The notes beneath the pieces are model-generated. The model worked only from the letters and a program-made list of their open reading frames with translations. It made no database searches and was not told where the DNA came from. A program made the translations under genes and the position numbers. Shown here one piece after another: positions 38,488 to 47,389 of a stretch of DNA of 54,827 nucleotides. How positions within the stretch are numbered: position 1 is the stretch's first letter; the number at the start of each line of letters is the position of its first letter. Source of the stretch: Candidatus Kuenenia stuttgartensis (GTDB lineage: Bacteria > Planctomycetota > Planctomycetia > Pirellulales > UBA1268); NCBI GenBank assembly GCA_943332855.1, contig CALQRA010000004.1, positions 1 through 54,827 on the forward strand, written 5' to 3'.

Positions 38488-39129
38488 ATGAAGCGTTTCC
38501 TCGGTTCGTCGGTTGCGATGGTCGTCGCGCTCGTCGCCATCAGCCTCGTTGGCGGTGAGTCGGGCGCGGTTGCCGGCCACGGTTGTCATGGCCGCAAGTC
38601 GGGCGGCGGTCTGCTCGCCAAGCTCCATGCCAAGAAGGGCTGCCACGGCGCTGCGGCTGCCGAAGCCGCTCCGGCTTGTGATTCGGGCTGCGAGGCTGCT
38701 CCGGCTCCGGCCGCTGCTCCGAGCTGCCACGGCAAGAAGCGCGTTGGCCTTCTCGCCAAGCTCCATGCCAAGAAGGCTGCCCGTGGTTGCCACGGCGCTG
38801 CCCCGGCCGCTCCGGCTTGCGACAGCGGCTGCGACAGCGGCTGCGACAGCGGCTGCGACAGCGGCAACTGCGGCGATGCCGCCCCGGCTTCGAGCGGCTG
38901 CTCGAGCTGTGGTGGTGGTGAGATGGTCGAGGGTGGTGCCGTCTCGAGCGGTTGCTCGAGCTGCGGTGGCGGTTCGGCCGAGTACGGCGTCGAGGGTGGC
39001 TCGGTCTCCGGCGGCTGCCCGAACGGCGACTGCAGCGGTTCGAGCGTGATCTCCGAGGGCGTGCCGACCCAGTCCGCTCCGGCCGTTCCGACCGAGGCCC
39101 CGGCTGCTCCGGCCGCCGTCGGCACCTGA
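38488..39129 (+). CDS. Secreted Cys/Gly/Ala/His-rich low-complexity protein
   Basis: GGAG SD; signal peptide; 213 aa with 17 Cys; CHG x4, LLAKLHAKK x2, CDSG repeats, SSGCSSCGGG x2. Confidence 0.85.
   Translation: MKRFLGSSVAMVVALVAISLVGGESGAVAGHGCHGRKSGGGLLAKLHAKKGCHGAAAAEAAPACDSGCEAAPAPAAAPSCHGKKRVGLLAKLHAKKAARGCHGAAPAAPACDSGCDSGCDSGCDSGNCGDAAPASSGCSSCGGGEMVEGGAVSSGCSSCGGGSAEYGVEGGSVSGGCPNGDCSGSSVISEGVPTQSAPAVPTEAPAAPAAVGT
38818..38865 (+). repeat. 12-bp tandem repeat (TGCGACAGCGGC)x4
   Basis: Encodes CDSG x4. Confidence 0.92.
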
Positions 39130-39224
39130 ATCGTCCGGTGCTCGCTCCTCGCGTGCCTGCCCTGGGGCACGGGTTGATCGGCGCCGGGATTCAACGACGG
39201 TTCGCAAGAGTCGTCCCAATCCAG

Positions 39225-39259
39225 ACCGGGCCTCCCGCAAGGGGGGCCCGGTTTTTTTT
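39225..39259 (+). terminator. Rho-independent terminator
   Basis: ACCGGGCCTCCC-GCAA-GGGGGGCCCGGT stem with GNRA loop and T8 tail. Confidence 0.9.
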
Positions 39260-39437
39260 GGCGCCGGGCGTGGCGATCCTGCCAACTTTCCCCCGCCCGG
39301 CCCCGTACAGTCGCGGGGGCTTTCCGCCAGACCTCGGGGCCCTGCGCCGGGCCTCCTTTTTCCCGGCCTCCCCCTCGGTAGGATGCATCGATTCCCGTCG
39401 ATCCGAGCCCGGCGACGCCCGCAGGTTTTTCACCCCC

Positions 39438-41591
39438 ATGACTGATCGCCTTTTTCCTGACGAGGCTGCTTCCCGCCCATCCGTATTCCCAACTCCTTCC
39501 TCTCCCGCTGGTGCCATGCCGATCGACATGCCCGCTGCGCCGCTGACCGCTGCCACGAAGGGATCCTGGACCGGCTTGCTTGCCACGGCAGGGCTCGTGT
39601 TCCTCGGTGTGATCCTCCTTGGCGGGGCGGTGGTGCCGTGGTGGCTCTCGGAGCCTTCACGGGTGACGGCGTGGGTGTCGCGCCTTGTCCCCAACCTCCA
39701 CGGTCGGGTGGAGATGGCGAAGGCGACGTTCACCTGGCTCGGTCCGATCGCCTTCGAGGACATCGTGGTCGTCCCCGCCAATGGCGCCCGCGAGCCGGTG
39801 GTGATCCAGCGCATCGAGGCCTCCCATGGGATCGCCGCGTTCCTCTTCACGGGGGGAGACGTCGGCCATGTGACCGTCGCGGGGCTCGAGACGCATCTCG
39901 TCTTCGGCGAGGATCGCAATTCCAACGCCGCCGGCCTGTTCGTCGATCCGAGCGACCCGGACGAGGGCCACCGTCCTCCGCGCAAGACTCCCCTCCGCAT
40001 GGTGCTCGATGTCGTCGATGCCCGCGTCAGGATTGAGGGCCCGTGGTCGCCCGATCCGTGGATCAGCGATCCGATCGATGTCACGCTCCGACTCGCCCAC
40101 ACGCCGGCGGGGGATGCGAGCGAATGGAGTCTGGAGCCGACGACGATCCTCGACGGGGCCGCACTCGAGCCGAGCGTGGCCCAGGGGGTGCTCGCCTACA
40201 TCGCGCCGGTGTTGGCCGACGCCACGCGGACAGGCGGCCAATTCTCACTTGCGCTCGATGGAGGCACGTTCCCGGTGGGAGCGCCGGAGAAGTCGATGTT
40301 CTCCGGCAAGCTCACGATGCACGCGGTCGATCTCGGGCCGGGACCGATGGTGGCGGGGATCCTCGCGTCGCTGCCGGGGCGGATCCAGGTGCCAACATCG
40401 ATTCGAATCGCCGACAACTCCCAGATCACCTTCCGGATGGAAGACCGGCGGATGTGGCACGAGGGGCTCGAGTTCGGCTTTCCGCTGCCGCGTGGCGGGA
40501 GTCGTCTCGATCTGACGTCGCGGGGGTCGGTGGGGCTCGACGACAAGGTTCTCGACCTCAAGCTCGCCCTCCCCTTCCCGGCCGACCTTCCCGCCGACCG
40601 CCCGATCCTTGCCTCGCTGGCCGGGAAAACGGTGTCGATTGGGATCGGTGGCAAGCTCGGCGAGCCGCGGATCGATTTCGACGGCTCGATCCGCGGGGCG
40701 GCTGCCGGCGTGATCGCCGCGACGATCGATCGCCTCCGCCAGAAGCCGACAGCGGCTCCTGGCGCCGAGCCGCAGCCAGCCGCTTCCGGAGCCGAGCCGC
40801 AGCCGGCAGCCTCGCTGCGGCCGGCAGCCTCCGCACCGCCGCGGCCGGGCTGGGCCCCTGGGCAGGCCGATGGTGCGGCCGTCGCCGCTGACGGAGCCGC
40901 CAGCGCTGCCGTCACCGGTGGCGAAGCCGATGCGGCGGGCGGTGTCGGCGATCAACCCGAGATGCTTTCTCCTCCGCCACCGCGACCGGGGTGGTCACCG
41001 ATCAAGCGTCCTGGTGTGGGGCCGCAGGCAGGCCAGGCATTTTCAGCGGGGGATCGCGGGCCAACCGGGAGCTCACCGCCGGCTGGGTTTGCAGCGGGCG
41101 ACGACGCCCGGCCCCTGGCTGATGGCGGAGAGCCCCCGACGGAAGAGCAGCCCACGCGGGGTGGGGCGGCGCAGATCATCGACGGGTTGAAGGATCGGCT
41201 GGCGCCGCAGATGGCCGATTCGCCGCAGACCGATCGGGTCATCGATCTGGTTGGCGGGCTGATCGAGGAAGTGGCCCGGCGGCGCGCCCAGCGTGCGGCG
41301 GCGGAGGGGGCCAGTGGCCCGCAGCCTGGGCAGGGAACTCCGCCGGCGGGTGCTGGGCCAGCGCCTGGGCCAGCGCCTGCGCCTGGGCCACCGTCTGGGG
41401 CTGGAGCACCGGGAGATCCCGCCGCAACGGGTGCCGCCGCAGCTGCTGCCGCCGGGGCGGGTGCGCCCGGGGCTGGGCCGGTAGGTGGCGGGCCAAGACG
41501 TGGTCGTCTCCTGCGGCGGCTGTTGCAGCCGGAGGCGCCACCGATCGCGCCACCATCGACGCCACCGACCGCGCCACCGCCGGGACCGTGA
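39438..41591 (+). CDS. Hypothetical membrane-anchored protein (AsmA-like beta-rich region, long Pro/Ala/Gly tail)
   Basis: N-terminal TM helix, beta-strand-rich body ending SRGSVGLDD..LDL...IGIGG.L.EPRID, low-complexity C-terminus. Confidence 0.6.
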   Translation: MTDRLFPDEAASRPSVFPTPSSPAGAMPIDMPAAPLTAATKGSWTGLLATAGLVFLGVILLGGAVVPWWLSEPSRVTAWVSRLVPNLHGRVEMAKATFTWLGPIAFEDIVVVPANGAREPVVIQRIEASHGIAAFLFTGGDVGHVTVAGLETHLVFGEDRNSNAAGLFVDPSDPDEGHRPPRKTPLRMVLDVVDARVRIEGPWSPDPWISDPIDVTLRLAHTPAGDASEWSLEPTTILDGAALEPSVAQGVLAYIAPVLADATRTGGQFSLALDGGTFPVGAPEKSMFSGKLTMHAVDLGPGPMVAGILASLPGRIQVPTSIRIADNSQITFRMEDRRMWHEGLEFGFPLPRGGSRLDLTSRGSVGLDDKVLDLKLALPFPADLPADRPILASLAGKTVSIGIGGKLGEPRIDFDGSIRGAAAGVIAATIDRLRQKPTAAPGAEPQPAASGAEPQPAASLRPAASAPPRPGWAPGQADGAAVAADGAASAAVTGGEADAAGGVGDQPEMLSPPPPRPGWSPIKRPGVGPQAGQAFSAGDRGPTGSSPPAGFAAGDDARPLADGGEPPTEEQPTRGGAAQIIDGLKDRLAPQMADSPQTDRVIDLVGGLIEEVARRRAQRAAAEGASGPQPGQGTPPAGAGPAPGPAPAPGPPSGAGAPGDPAATGAAAAAAAGAGAPGAGPVGGGPRRGRLLRRLLQPEAPPIAPPSTPPTAPPPGP

Positions 41592-41652
41592 AAAGCGGTT
41601 GTCGGGGGCCCCTCGTGCAGGCGTCAGATGATCTGCTAAGATTCTTTCGTTC

Positions 41653-41725
41653 GCGGGCGTAGCTCAGTTGGTAGAGCGCTAGCTTCCCAAGCTGGATGTC
41701 GAGGGTTCGAGTCCCTTCGCCCGCT
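41653..41725 (+). tRNA. tRNA-Gly (CCC)
   Basis: GCGGGCG/CGCCCGC acceptor stem, D-arm AGCTCAGTTGGTAGAGC, anticodon loop TTCCCAA, T-arm GGTTCGAGTCC; CCA end not encoded. Confidence 0.97.
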
Positions 41726-41838
41726 CTTTTTGTGTCGCGGCCAAGCCGCGAGGCTACTTCTTTTTCGGGGCTTTGCAGGCAGGAGCCAAAGCATTCCCGT
41801 CTGAGTGCGGGGCTGAAACAAGGGCCGTGCATCCCAAT

Positions 41839-41870
41839 TTTTCCATGTTCTGGAAAATGGAATATATGAT
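41839..41870 (+). promoter_or_regulatory. Palindromic operator plus -10 box of a leaderless promoter
   Basis: TTTTCCA-N5-TGGAAAA (41839-41857); TATGAT (41865-41870) 6 nt before ATG 41877; no SD. Confidence 0.65.
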
Positions 41871-41876
41871 GGCGGG

Positions 41877-42377
41877 ATGCAACTCAGCCCGCAAGACATG
41901 GTCGTCTCCTTGAAGCTGGCCCTCCAGCCAGGGCTCACGTTCCAAAAGCTCGCTGACGCCCTTGGCCTGAGCGTCTCGGCCGTTCACCGCTCGGTGACGC
42001 GGGCCAAGGCTGCGGGCCTCCTTCTCGCCGACCGGCAGCCGAATCGTTCAGCCCTCCTCGAGTTTGTGCTCCATGGCGTCCGCTACGCCTTCCCGGCCGT
42101 CCGCGGCGGCATGACGCGGGGAATGCCTACGGCCCACGCGGCGCCGCCGCTGGTCGATCTGATCGTTCAGGACACCGACCCCGTCCCGGTGTGGCCCGAT
42201 CCGCAAGGAGAGGCCCGCGGCACGTCGTTCAAGCCGCTCTACCGCGGGGCCCCGAAGGCGGCCCGCGCTGATGCCAAGCTCTACGAGTGCTTGAGTCTGA
42301 TCGACGCCCTTCGGGGAGGGCGGGCCCGTGAGCGGAATCTGGCCAAAGAGCATTTGACGAGGCTGCTCCATGGCTAG
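41877..42377 (+). CDS. HTH-containing protein, putative type IV (AbiEi-like) antitoxin/regulator
   Basis: HTH TFQKLADALGLSVSAVHRSVTR; C-terminal HGVRYAFP, RGMPTA, VWP, PLY, LIDALRGGRARER; overlaps the nucleotidyltransferase gene. Confidence 0.65.
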   Translation: MQLSPQDMVVSLKLALQPGLTFQKLADALGLSVSAVHRSVTRAKAAGLLLADRQPNRSALLEFVLHGVRYAFPAVRGGMTRGMPTAHAAPPLVDLIVQDTDPVPVWPDPQGEARGTSFKPLYRGAPKAARADAKLYECLSLIDALRGGRARERNLAKEHLTRLLHG

Positions 42378-43086
42378 TCCGGAGACACCGAATCTGGTCA
42401 TGCTCCGCGACGTGGCGCGTCGCATCGAGCCGCTCCTCCCTCGTCTCGCTTTCCTCGGCGGAGTCGTCGTGGAACTTCTTGTCACCGACTCAACTGGCCG
42501 GCCCGGCCGCGCCACGAAGGATGTCGACGTCGTCATCGATCTCGTCCATTACGGGCAGTACGCCGAGACGCTGCGGGAGGAGCTTGTCGCCCTCGGCATG
42601 GAAGAGGACACGACGGAAGGCGCCCCGCGTTGTCGCTGGCGATTCGTCGATGCCCCCCGGCGGATCGTCGACATCATGCCGACCAAGGGCGAGGTGCTTG
42701 GCTTCTCGACGGCGTGGTACGCCGATGCGTTTCATTCGGCGGAGCCTTTCCAGATTCCAGGCGGACCGGAGATTCGGCTTGTCACGGCCCCCTACTTTCT
42801 CGTGACAAAGCTGACGGCGTTTCATGACCGCGGCAGAGGGGATCCGATCGCCAGCCATGACCTGGAGGACGTCATCGCCGTCGTCGACGGTCGACAATCG
42901 CTCGTTGGAGAGATCGAGGCCGCCCCGCCAGAAGTGCGGGCGTTCGTCGCCGCCACGTGGCGAGAACTTCTGGAGACCGGCGACGTGCCGGCCCTCCTTG
43001 AGGGCCATCTCGCCCCGGATGAAGCGAGCCAGTCCCGCGCCGGCTTGGTCCTGTCGCGAATCGAAACCATCTCCCGCCTCGGCTGA
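42370..43086 (+). CDS. Predicted nucleotidyltransferase (AbiEii/AbiGii-like, Pol-beta superfamily), putative toxin
   Basis: FLGG...RATKDVDV (GG, RxTxDxD), VDIMP, TKLTAFHDRG, HDLED motifs. Confidence 0.75.
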   Translation: MASPETPNLVMLRDVARRIEPLLPRLAFLGGVVVELLVTDSTGRPGRATKDVDVVIDLVHYGQYAETLREELVALGMEEDTTEGAPRCRWRFVDAPRRIVDIMPTKGEVLGFSTAWYADAFHSAEPFQIPGGPEIRLVTAPYFLVTKLTAFHDRGRGDPIASHDLEDVIAVVDGRQSLVGEIEAAPPEVRAFVAATWRELLETGDVPALLEGHLAPDEASQSRAGLVLSRIETISRLG

Positions 43087-43149
43087 CGATCACCAAGCCG
43101 CGGCCGAACCCGCTCTCGGCGGCCGCCCGCCCCGCGATCATGGCTTGCG

Positions 43150-43566
43150 CTATCGCCACCAAAGCACGAGCCATCGCTCGAGCGGCAGGCCAGCGAAGTG
43201 AAGGCTCGCCAGACTCGCCAGCGCCACCGCCGGCATCACCCAGATCGTGGCCAGCCGCCACCGGCGCGGGATGCCGGTGATCGACGCCAACCACACCAGG
43301 CCGATCGCGACCGTGACGTCGAGCACCCATTGGTAGGGCAGCACACCGGAGACCCCGTTCACCCAGTCGACCAGCGGCGCGACCGCCCGGCGGACAGGGT
43401 CGTCCTCCGGCACTCCGAGGAAGCAGGCCGCGAACACCCGCAGGCCGAATGCCGCGAACGGGATCAACCCGGCGATGAGCTCCACGCGGCGGGAAAGCTG
43501 CGGGAGCGCCGCCCCCCAGACGGCCGTCCAGAGCGAGGTGAAGAAAAGAAGCCGCACGGTCTCCAT
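43150..43566 (-). CDS. Hypothetical membrane protein
   Basis: 138 aa with about four hydrophobic segments; TAGACT 6 nt upstream of the ATG. Confidence 0.7.
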   Translation of the reverse strand: METVRLLFFTSLWTAVWGAALPQLSRRVELIAGLIPFAAFGLRVFAACFLGVPEDDPVRRAVAPLVDWVNGVSGVLPYQWVLDVTVAIGLVWLASITGIPRRWRLATIWVMPAVALASLASLHFAGLPLERWLVLWWR

Positions 43567-43786
43567 GGCAGAAGTCTACCGGCAGGCCTCAGGCTTTTCG
43601 CAGCACTCCCTTTTTTGACGACAGGCCGGATTCCCGCCCCAGCTTGGCGATCACGCCCCCCCGCCTGCCCAGGTGGGGGGCCATTTTGCCTCGCTCGAGG
43701 GTTCCGAAAATCGGCAATTCTTGCCAACACCGAGCACCCGCCTAGGATTTTCAGATTCTCGACACTTTTTTCTCAGGAGTCTTTTT

Positions 43787-44278
43787 ATGACCGTCAATCG
43801 ATTGATTGCCTTCTTGACCCTCGCCGCGTTCACGCTCGGCGGAGCGTCCATGTCGGTGGCCGATGATCTGGTCGATACCGCCGTCAAGGCTGGCACGTTC
43901 AAGACGCTGGCCGCAGCGCTCGGCGCTGCCGATCTCGTCGAAACGCTCAAGGGGAAGGGACCGTTCACCGTTCTCGCCCCGTCCGACGAAGCTTTCGCCA
44001 AGCTCCCCAAGGGCACCGTTGAGGATCTCCTCAAGCCCGAAAACAAAGAAAAGCTCAAGGCGATCCTCCTGCTCCACGTCGTCCCCGGCTCCGTGATGGC
44101 GGCAGACGTCGTCAAGCTCAAGGAAGCGAAGACGGCCGGCGGCAAGACCATCAAGATCAGCGCCGATGGCGGCGTTGTGAAGGTCGGCACCGACAAGGGC
44201 ATGTCGAAGGTCGTGAAGACCGACATCAAGACCGACAATGGCGTGATCCATGTGATCGACGCCGTCATCCTTCCCTGA
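43787..44278 (+). CDS. Fasciclin (FAS1) domain protein
   Basis: [36 protein letters not shown]; signal peptide; AGGAG SD. Confidence 0.95.
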   Translation: MTVNRLIAFLTLAAFTLGGASMSVADDLVDTAVKAGTFKTLAAALGAADLVETLKGKGPFTVLAPSDEAFAKLPKGTVEDLLKPENKEKLKAILLLHVVPGSVMAADVVKLKEAKTAGGKTIKISADGGVVKVGTDKGMSKVVKTDIKTDNGVIHVIDAVILP

Positions 44279-44310
44279 TCGCTCTGAGAACTTCTCGAAG
44301 CCTTTGCCAC

Positions 44311-44345
44311 GCCGCATCCGCCCGGGTTTCCCGAGCGGATGCGGC
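44311..44345. terminator. Hairpin between convergent fasciclin and chitinase genes
   Basis: GCCGCATCCGC...GCGGATGCGGC 11-bp perfect stem; weak T tails. Confidence 0.55.
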
Positions 44346-44365
44346 CGTGTGCTTTATCCAGAGGA

Positions 44366-47209
44366 TCATGTCGTCGGCAGGGACGCGATCACGCCGTCAC
44401 CACCGACGACGATCTCCGTCATCAGCTTCGAGCGGGCCCGGATCGTGCTCATGCTGTCGCCGAGCACCCAAGATTCAAAGGCCGCATCGACGAGGCTCTC
44501 CGACGTCCCCAGGGCGTCGCCGGTGATGTCCCAAAACATCATCCCGCCAAGGCCCAAGCGCTCCGCCCAGTCAGACTTCTGCGCGATCGAGGCCCGGGTC
44601 TCAAACGAACTGAAGGCACTGTCGGCGGCATCGTAGACATAGGCCGCTTGGGCGGTGTCGTCCCAATAGAGCTTCCAACCGCCCGCTGAGGCCTGCAGCT
44701 GCGCGACGAGGTCTTTGTAGTCGTAGACCCCCTTCTCGAACGTCCCTGCAGCCGCTCCCGACGACTTCTCCAGGTAGCCACCGTCGCCACCATCGGCCAC
44801 GCCACTCCAGGCCCGCGTGTAGAGCGGCGCCCCGAGGATCACCTTGGCGGCCGGCACGCCGGCCGCGAGGTAGGCCTTGACCGCCGTCTGGATGTCATAC
44901 CCGGCCGCGTCGCCAGTGAACGCCGACTGATGCCCCGTCGTCGTCTCCCAGGTGCCGTGGAAGTCGTACGACATGAGATTGAAGTGGTCGACCGACGGGG
45001 CGAGCCCGGCCAGGTTGAAGGTGGCGATCTTGTCGATCCCGGCCGGCGAAGCGACCGAGATCTCGTAGCGCCGACCCAGCTGGGTCCCGAGGGCATCGAA
45101 CTTCTGCCGCACCAACTGCAACAGCGAGGCATAGTTGGCACCGTCGCTCGGGCTCGCCGCATTGCCCGCCTCCCCCCCGCCGCCCGGATACTCCCAATCG
45201 AAGTCGATGCCGTCGAACATCCGGTAGGTGGTGAGGAAGTTCACGAGCGAGCTGGCAAACGCCTCACGCCCCGCCGGGGTCGAGCAGACGGCGCTGAAGT
45301 TGTCTGACAGCGTCCATCCCCCCACGGCGATGATCACTTTCATGTGGGGAGCCTTCGCCTTCAGCTCGGCGAGCTGATTGAAATTGCCCCACACCGTCTG
45401 CTGCGAACGCGGGTCGCTGGCTGGATACGACCACAGATCGGCCTCACCCGACACCGACTCCGCAGCGCTGAATCGCTTGTCGAGCGCCGCGTAGCTATCC
45501 ATGATCGCCACCTGGCCGTTGCTCTTCAGATCGAGGAACGAGTAGATGAGGTGGTTGATCTTGTCGGCGGGAACATCCGCCACCTGGAAGTTGCGGCCGT
45601 AGATGCCCCATTCGGGGAAATAGGCCGTCAGCACCTTGTCGGTCTTCGTGATGTCGCCACCGACCGAGCTCGGCGCGGTGTCGTCGTTGACGATCGCTAC
45701 CGACACGGTCGACTGGGCGAGCGCTGCCCCCTGCGGCGATGAGAGCGTGAGGGAGAAGGTCTCGTCGGTCTCGACCGTGGCGTCGCCGATCACCGCCACG
45801 TTCACCTGCTGCGTCGTCACTCCGGCCGGGAAGGTGATGGTGCCGCTGGTCGCCGTATAGTCGCTGCCGGCCTTCGCCGTGCCGTCGGTGGTTCTGTAGG
45901 CGACTGTCACCGGAGCGGCTGACGCCGCCGAGAGCGACAGCGTGAACACCGACTTCGCCGTCGTCCCAGCCGCCCCCTCCTTCACCGCAGCCCCCGCGAC
46001 ACTGATCGTCGGGAGCGGAGGCACGACCGTCCCGCCGCCGCTGCCGCCGCCGCTTCCACTACCGAGCGGGAGGCCGTTGAGGGTCCAGTCGGTCGGGGAG
46101 GCGATCGTGCCGGCACCGGCGCCAACAAAGCCGATCGTCACGCTCCCACCGACCGGCACGATGCCGTTGAAGCCGGCATCGGCGAGGGTGAAGCGAGTCC
46201 CACCGGCGACGGCCGACGTGCCGACAAGCGTCGCATTCCAGGCCGAAGCGATCGTCCATGGCGCGGTGAAGCCGAGCTTCCAGCCGGGGATCGGCGTCGT
46301 GCCGCCGTTGGTGAGCTTGATCTCTCCACCGAAGCCCGTGCTCCACTGCCCCGTGACGGTGAACGCCACGGTCACCCCCTGGCCGGCCGGGGCAATGTCG
46401 TCGTCGAGGATCGTCCCCACGGCCGTCGCCTGGGCGAGCGTGGCCCCCTGCGGCGCGGAGAGCACAAGCGAGAAAGTCTCGCTCGGCTCGGTCGTGGCAT
46501 CGCCGATCACCGCCACGCTCACCTCCGCCTTCGTCGCCCCGGGGGCAAAGGTCACCGTGCCACTGGTGGCGGTGAAATCGCTTCCCGCCACGGCCGTGCC
46601 GTCGGCTGTCCGATAGGCAACCGTCACCGGCACTGCCGAGGGGGCGGAGAGCGACAGCGCGAAGACCGCCTTCGCACCGCCCCCCACGGCCCCCTCCTGG
46701 ACCGACGCAGCGCCGAGCGCGATCTGCGGGAGCGGCGGCGTCTGCGGCGTGCCGTCGCTGCCGATCGGCTCGCCATTGAGGAGCCAGCGCGACGGGGTGG
46801 CCGCGGCTCCGCCGGCCCCGATGAACCCGAAGGCGACGCTCTTGCCCGCGTCGAGCGTGCCGTTCCAGCCGGTGTTGGCGATCGTGTAGGTCGATCCGAC
46901 ATGCGACACGATCCGCGCGTCCCAGATCGAATTGATCTGGGCGCCATAGTCGAAGCTCACCTTCCAGTCGGCCACCGGCGTGGTGCCCCGGTTGTCGAGC
47001 GTGATTCCGGCCTGGAAGCCGGAGCCCCAGTCCTGCACGACTTTGTAATCAGGCACCGTGGCCGACATCATCGCCCGCCCTTCGAGCGCTTCGCTGCCGA
47101 GCCTCGTCATGCCGCGCGCCATGCGGGCCAGACTGCGGACATGCCCCCGTCGCAGTTGGCGAGAGGGGAGTTCCCGAAACATCGAGCAAAACTGCCGGAT
47201 GGGATTCAT
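44366..47209 (-). CDS. Multidomain GH18 chitinase (CBM2-Calx-beta-CBM2-Calx-beta-GH18)
   Basis: Catalytic FDGIDFDWEYPG (DxxDxDxE), AVGGW, LMSYDFHG; two CBM2-like (QDWGSGF / QWSTGF) and two Calx-beta (TADGTA.AGSD) domains; N-terminal EALEGRAMMS export motif. Confidence 0.93.
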   Translation of the reverse strand: MNPIRQFCSMFRELPSRQLRRGHVRSLARMARGMTRLGSEALEGRAMMSATVPDYKVVQDWGSGFQAGITLDNRGTTPVADWKVSFDYGAQINSIWDARIVSHVGSTYTIANTGWNGTLDAGKSVAFGFIGAGGAAATPSRWLLNGEPIGSDGTPQTPPLPQIALGAASVQEGAVGGGAKAVFALSLSAPSAVPVTVAYRTADGTAVAGSDFTATSGTVTFAPGATKAEVSVAVIGDATTEPSETFSLVLSAPQGATLAQATAVGTILDDDIAPAGQGVTVAFTVTGQWSTGFGGEIKLTNGGTTPIPGWKLGFTAPWTIASAWNATLVGTSAVAGGTRFTLADAGFNGIVPVGGSVTIGFVGAGAGTIASPTDWTLNGLPLGSGSGGGSGGGTVVPPLPTISVAGAAVKEGAAGTTAKSVFTLSLSAASAAPVTVAYRTTDGTAKAGSDYTATSGTITFPAGVTTQQVNVAVIGDATVETDETFSLTLSSPQGAALAQSTVSVAIVNDDTAPSSVGGDITKTDKVLTAYFPEWGIYGRNFQVADVPADKINHLIYSFLDLKSNGQVAIMDSYAALDKRFSAAESVSGEADLWSYPASDPRSQQTVWGNFNQLAELKAKAPHMKVIIAVGGWTLSDNFSAVCSTPAGREAFASSLVNFLTTYRMFDGIDFDWEYPGGGGEAGNAASPSDGANYASLLQLVRQKFDALGTQLGRRYEISVASPAGIDKIATFNLAGLAPSVDHFNLMSYDFHGTWETTTGHQSAFTGDAAGYDIQTAVKAYLAAGVPAAKVILGAPLYTRAWSGVADGGDGGYLEKSSGAAAGTFEKGVYDYKDLVAQLQASAGGWKLYWDDTAQAAYVYDAADSAFSSFETRASIAQKSDWAERLGLGGMMFWDITGDALGTSESLVDAAFESWVLGDSMSTIRARSKLMTEIVVGGDGVIASLPTT

Positions 47210-47332
47210 GATGAGCCTCACGGGTGAGCGACCAGGTGGCGACGGCAGCAACGCCGGCTCGGTTCGGCACGCGCCGGACTCGATCTCTCCCGTACGCCGC
47301 CGCTCGGCGGCAGGTCGGCGGCAACTCCGCCG

Positions 47333-47372
47333 TTCATGGGGATTTCATGGAGCGTTCATGGGCCGTTCATGG
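47333..47372 (-). promoter_or_regulatory. Four direct repeats TTCATGG at exact 11-bp periodicity (candidate OmpR/PhoB-family boxes)
   Basis: Copies start at 47333, 47344, 47355 and 47366, between the kinase stop codon and the chitinase start. Confidence 0.7.
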
Positions 47373-47389
47373 TCCCCGTCACGCGGCCT

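Noticed and set aside
38488-39129. RiPP biosynthetic cluster or c-type cytochrome
   Set aside because: No radical SAM, YcaO or lanthipeptide enzymes nearby, and the CH motifs lack the CxxCH pattern
40761-41590. Short repeats (GAEPQPAAS x2, GPAP repeats) as a separate element
   Set aside because: In-frame low-complexity tail of the 39438..41591 protein
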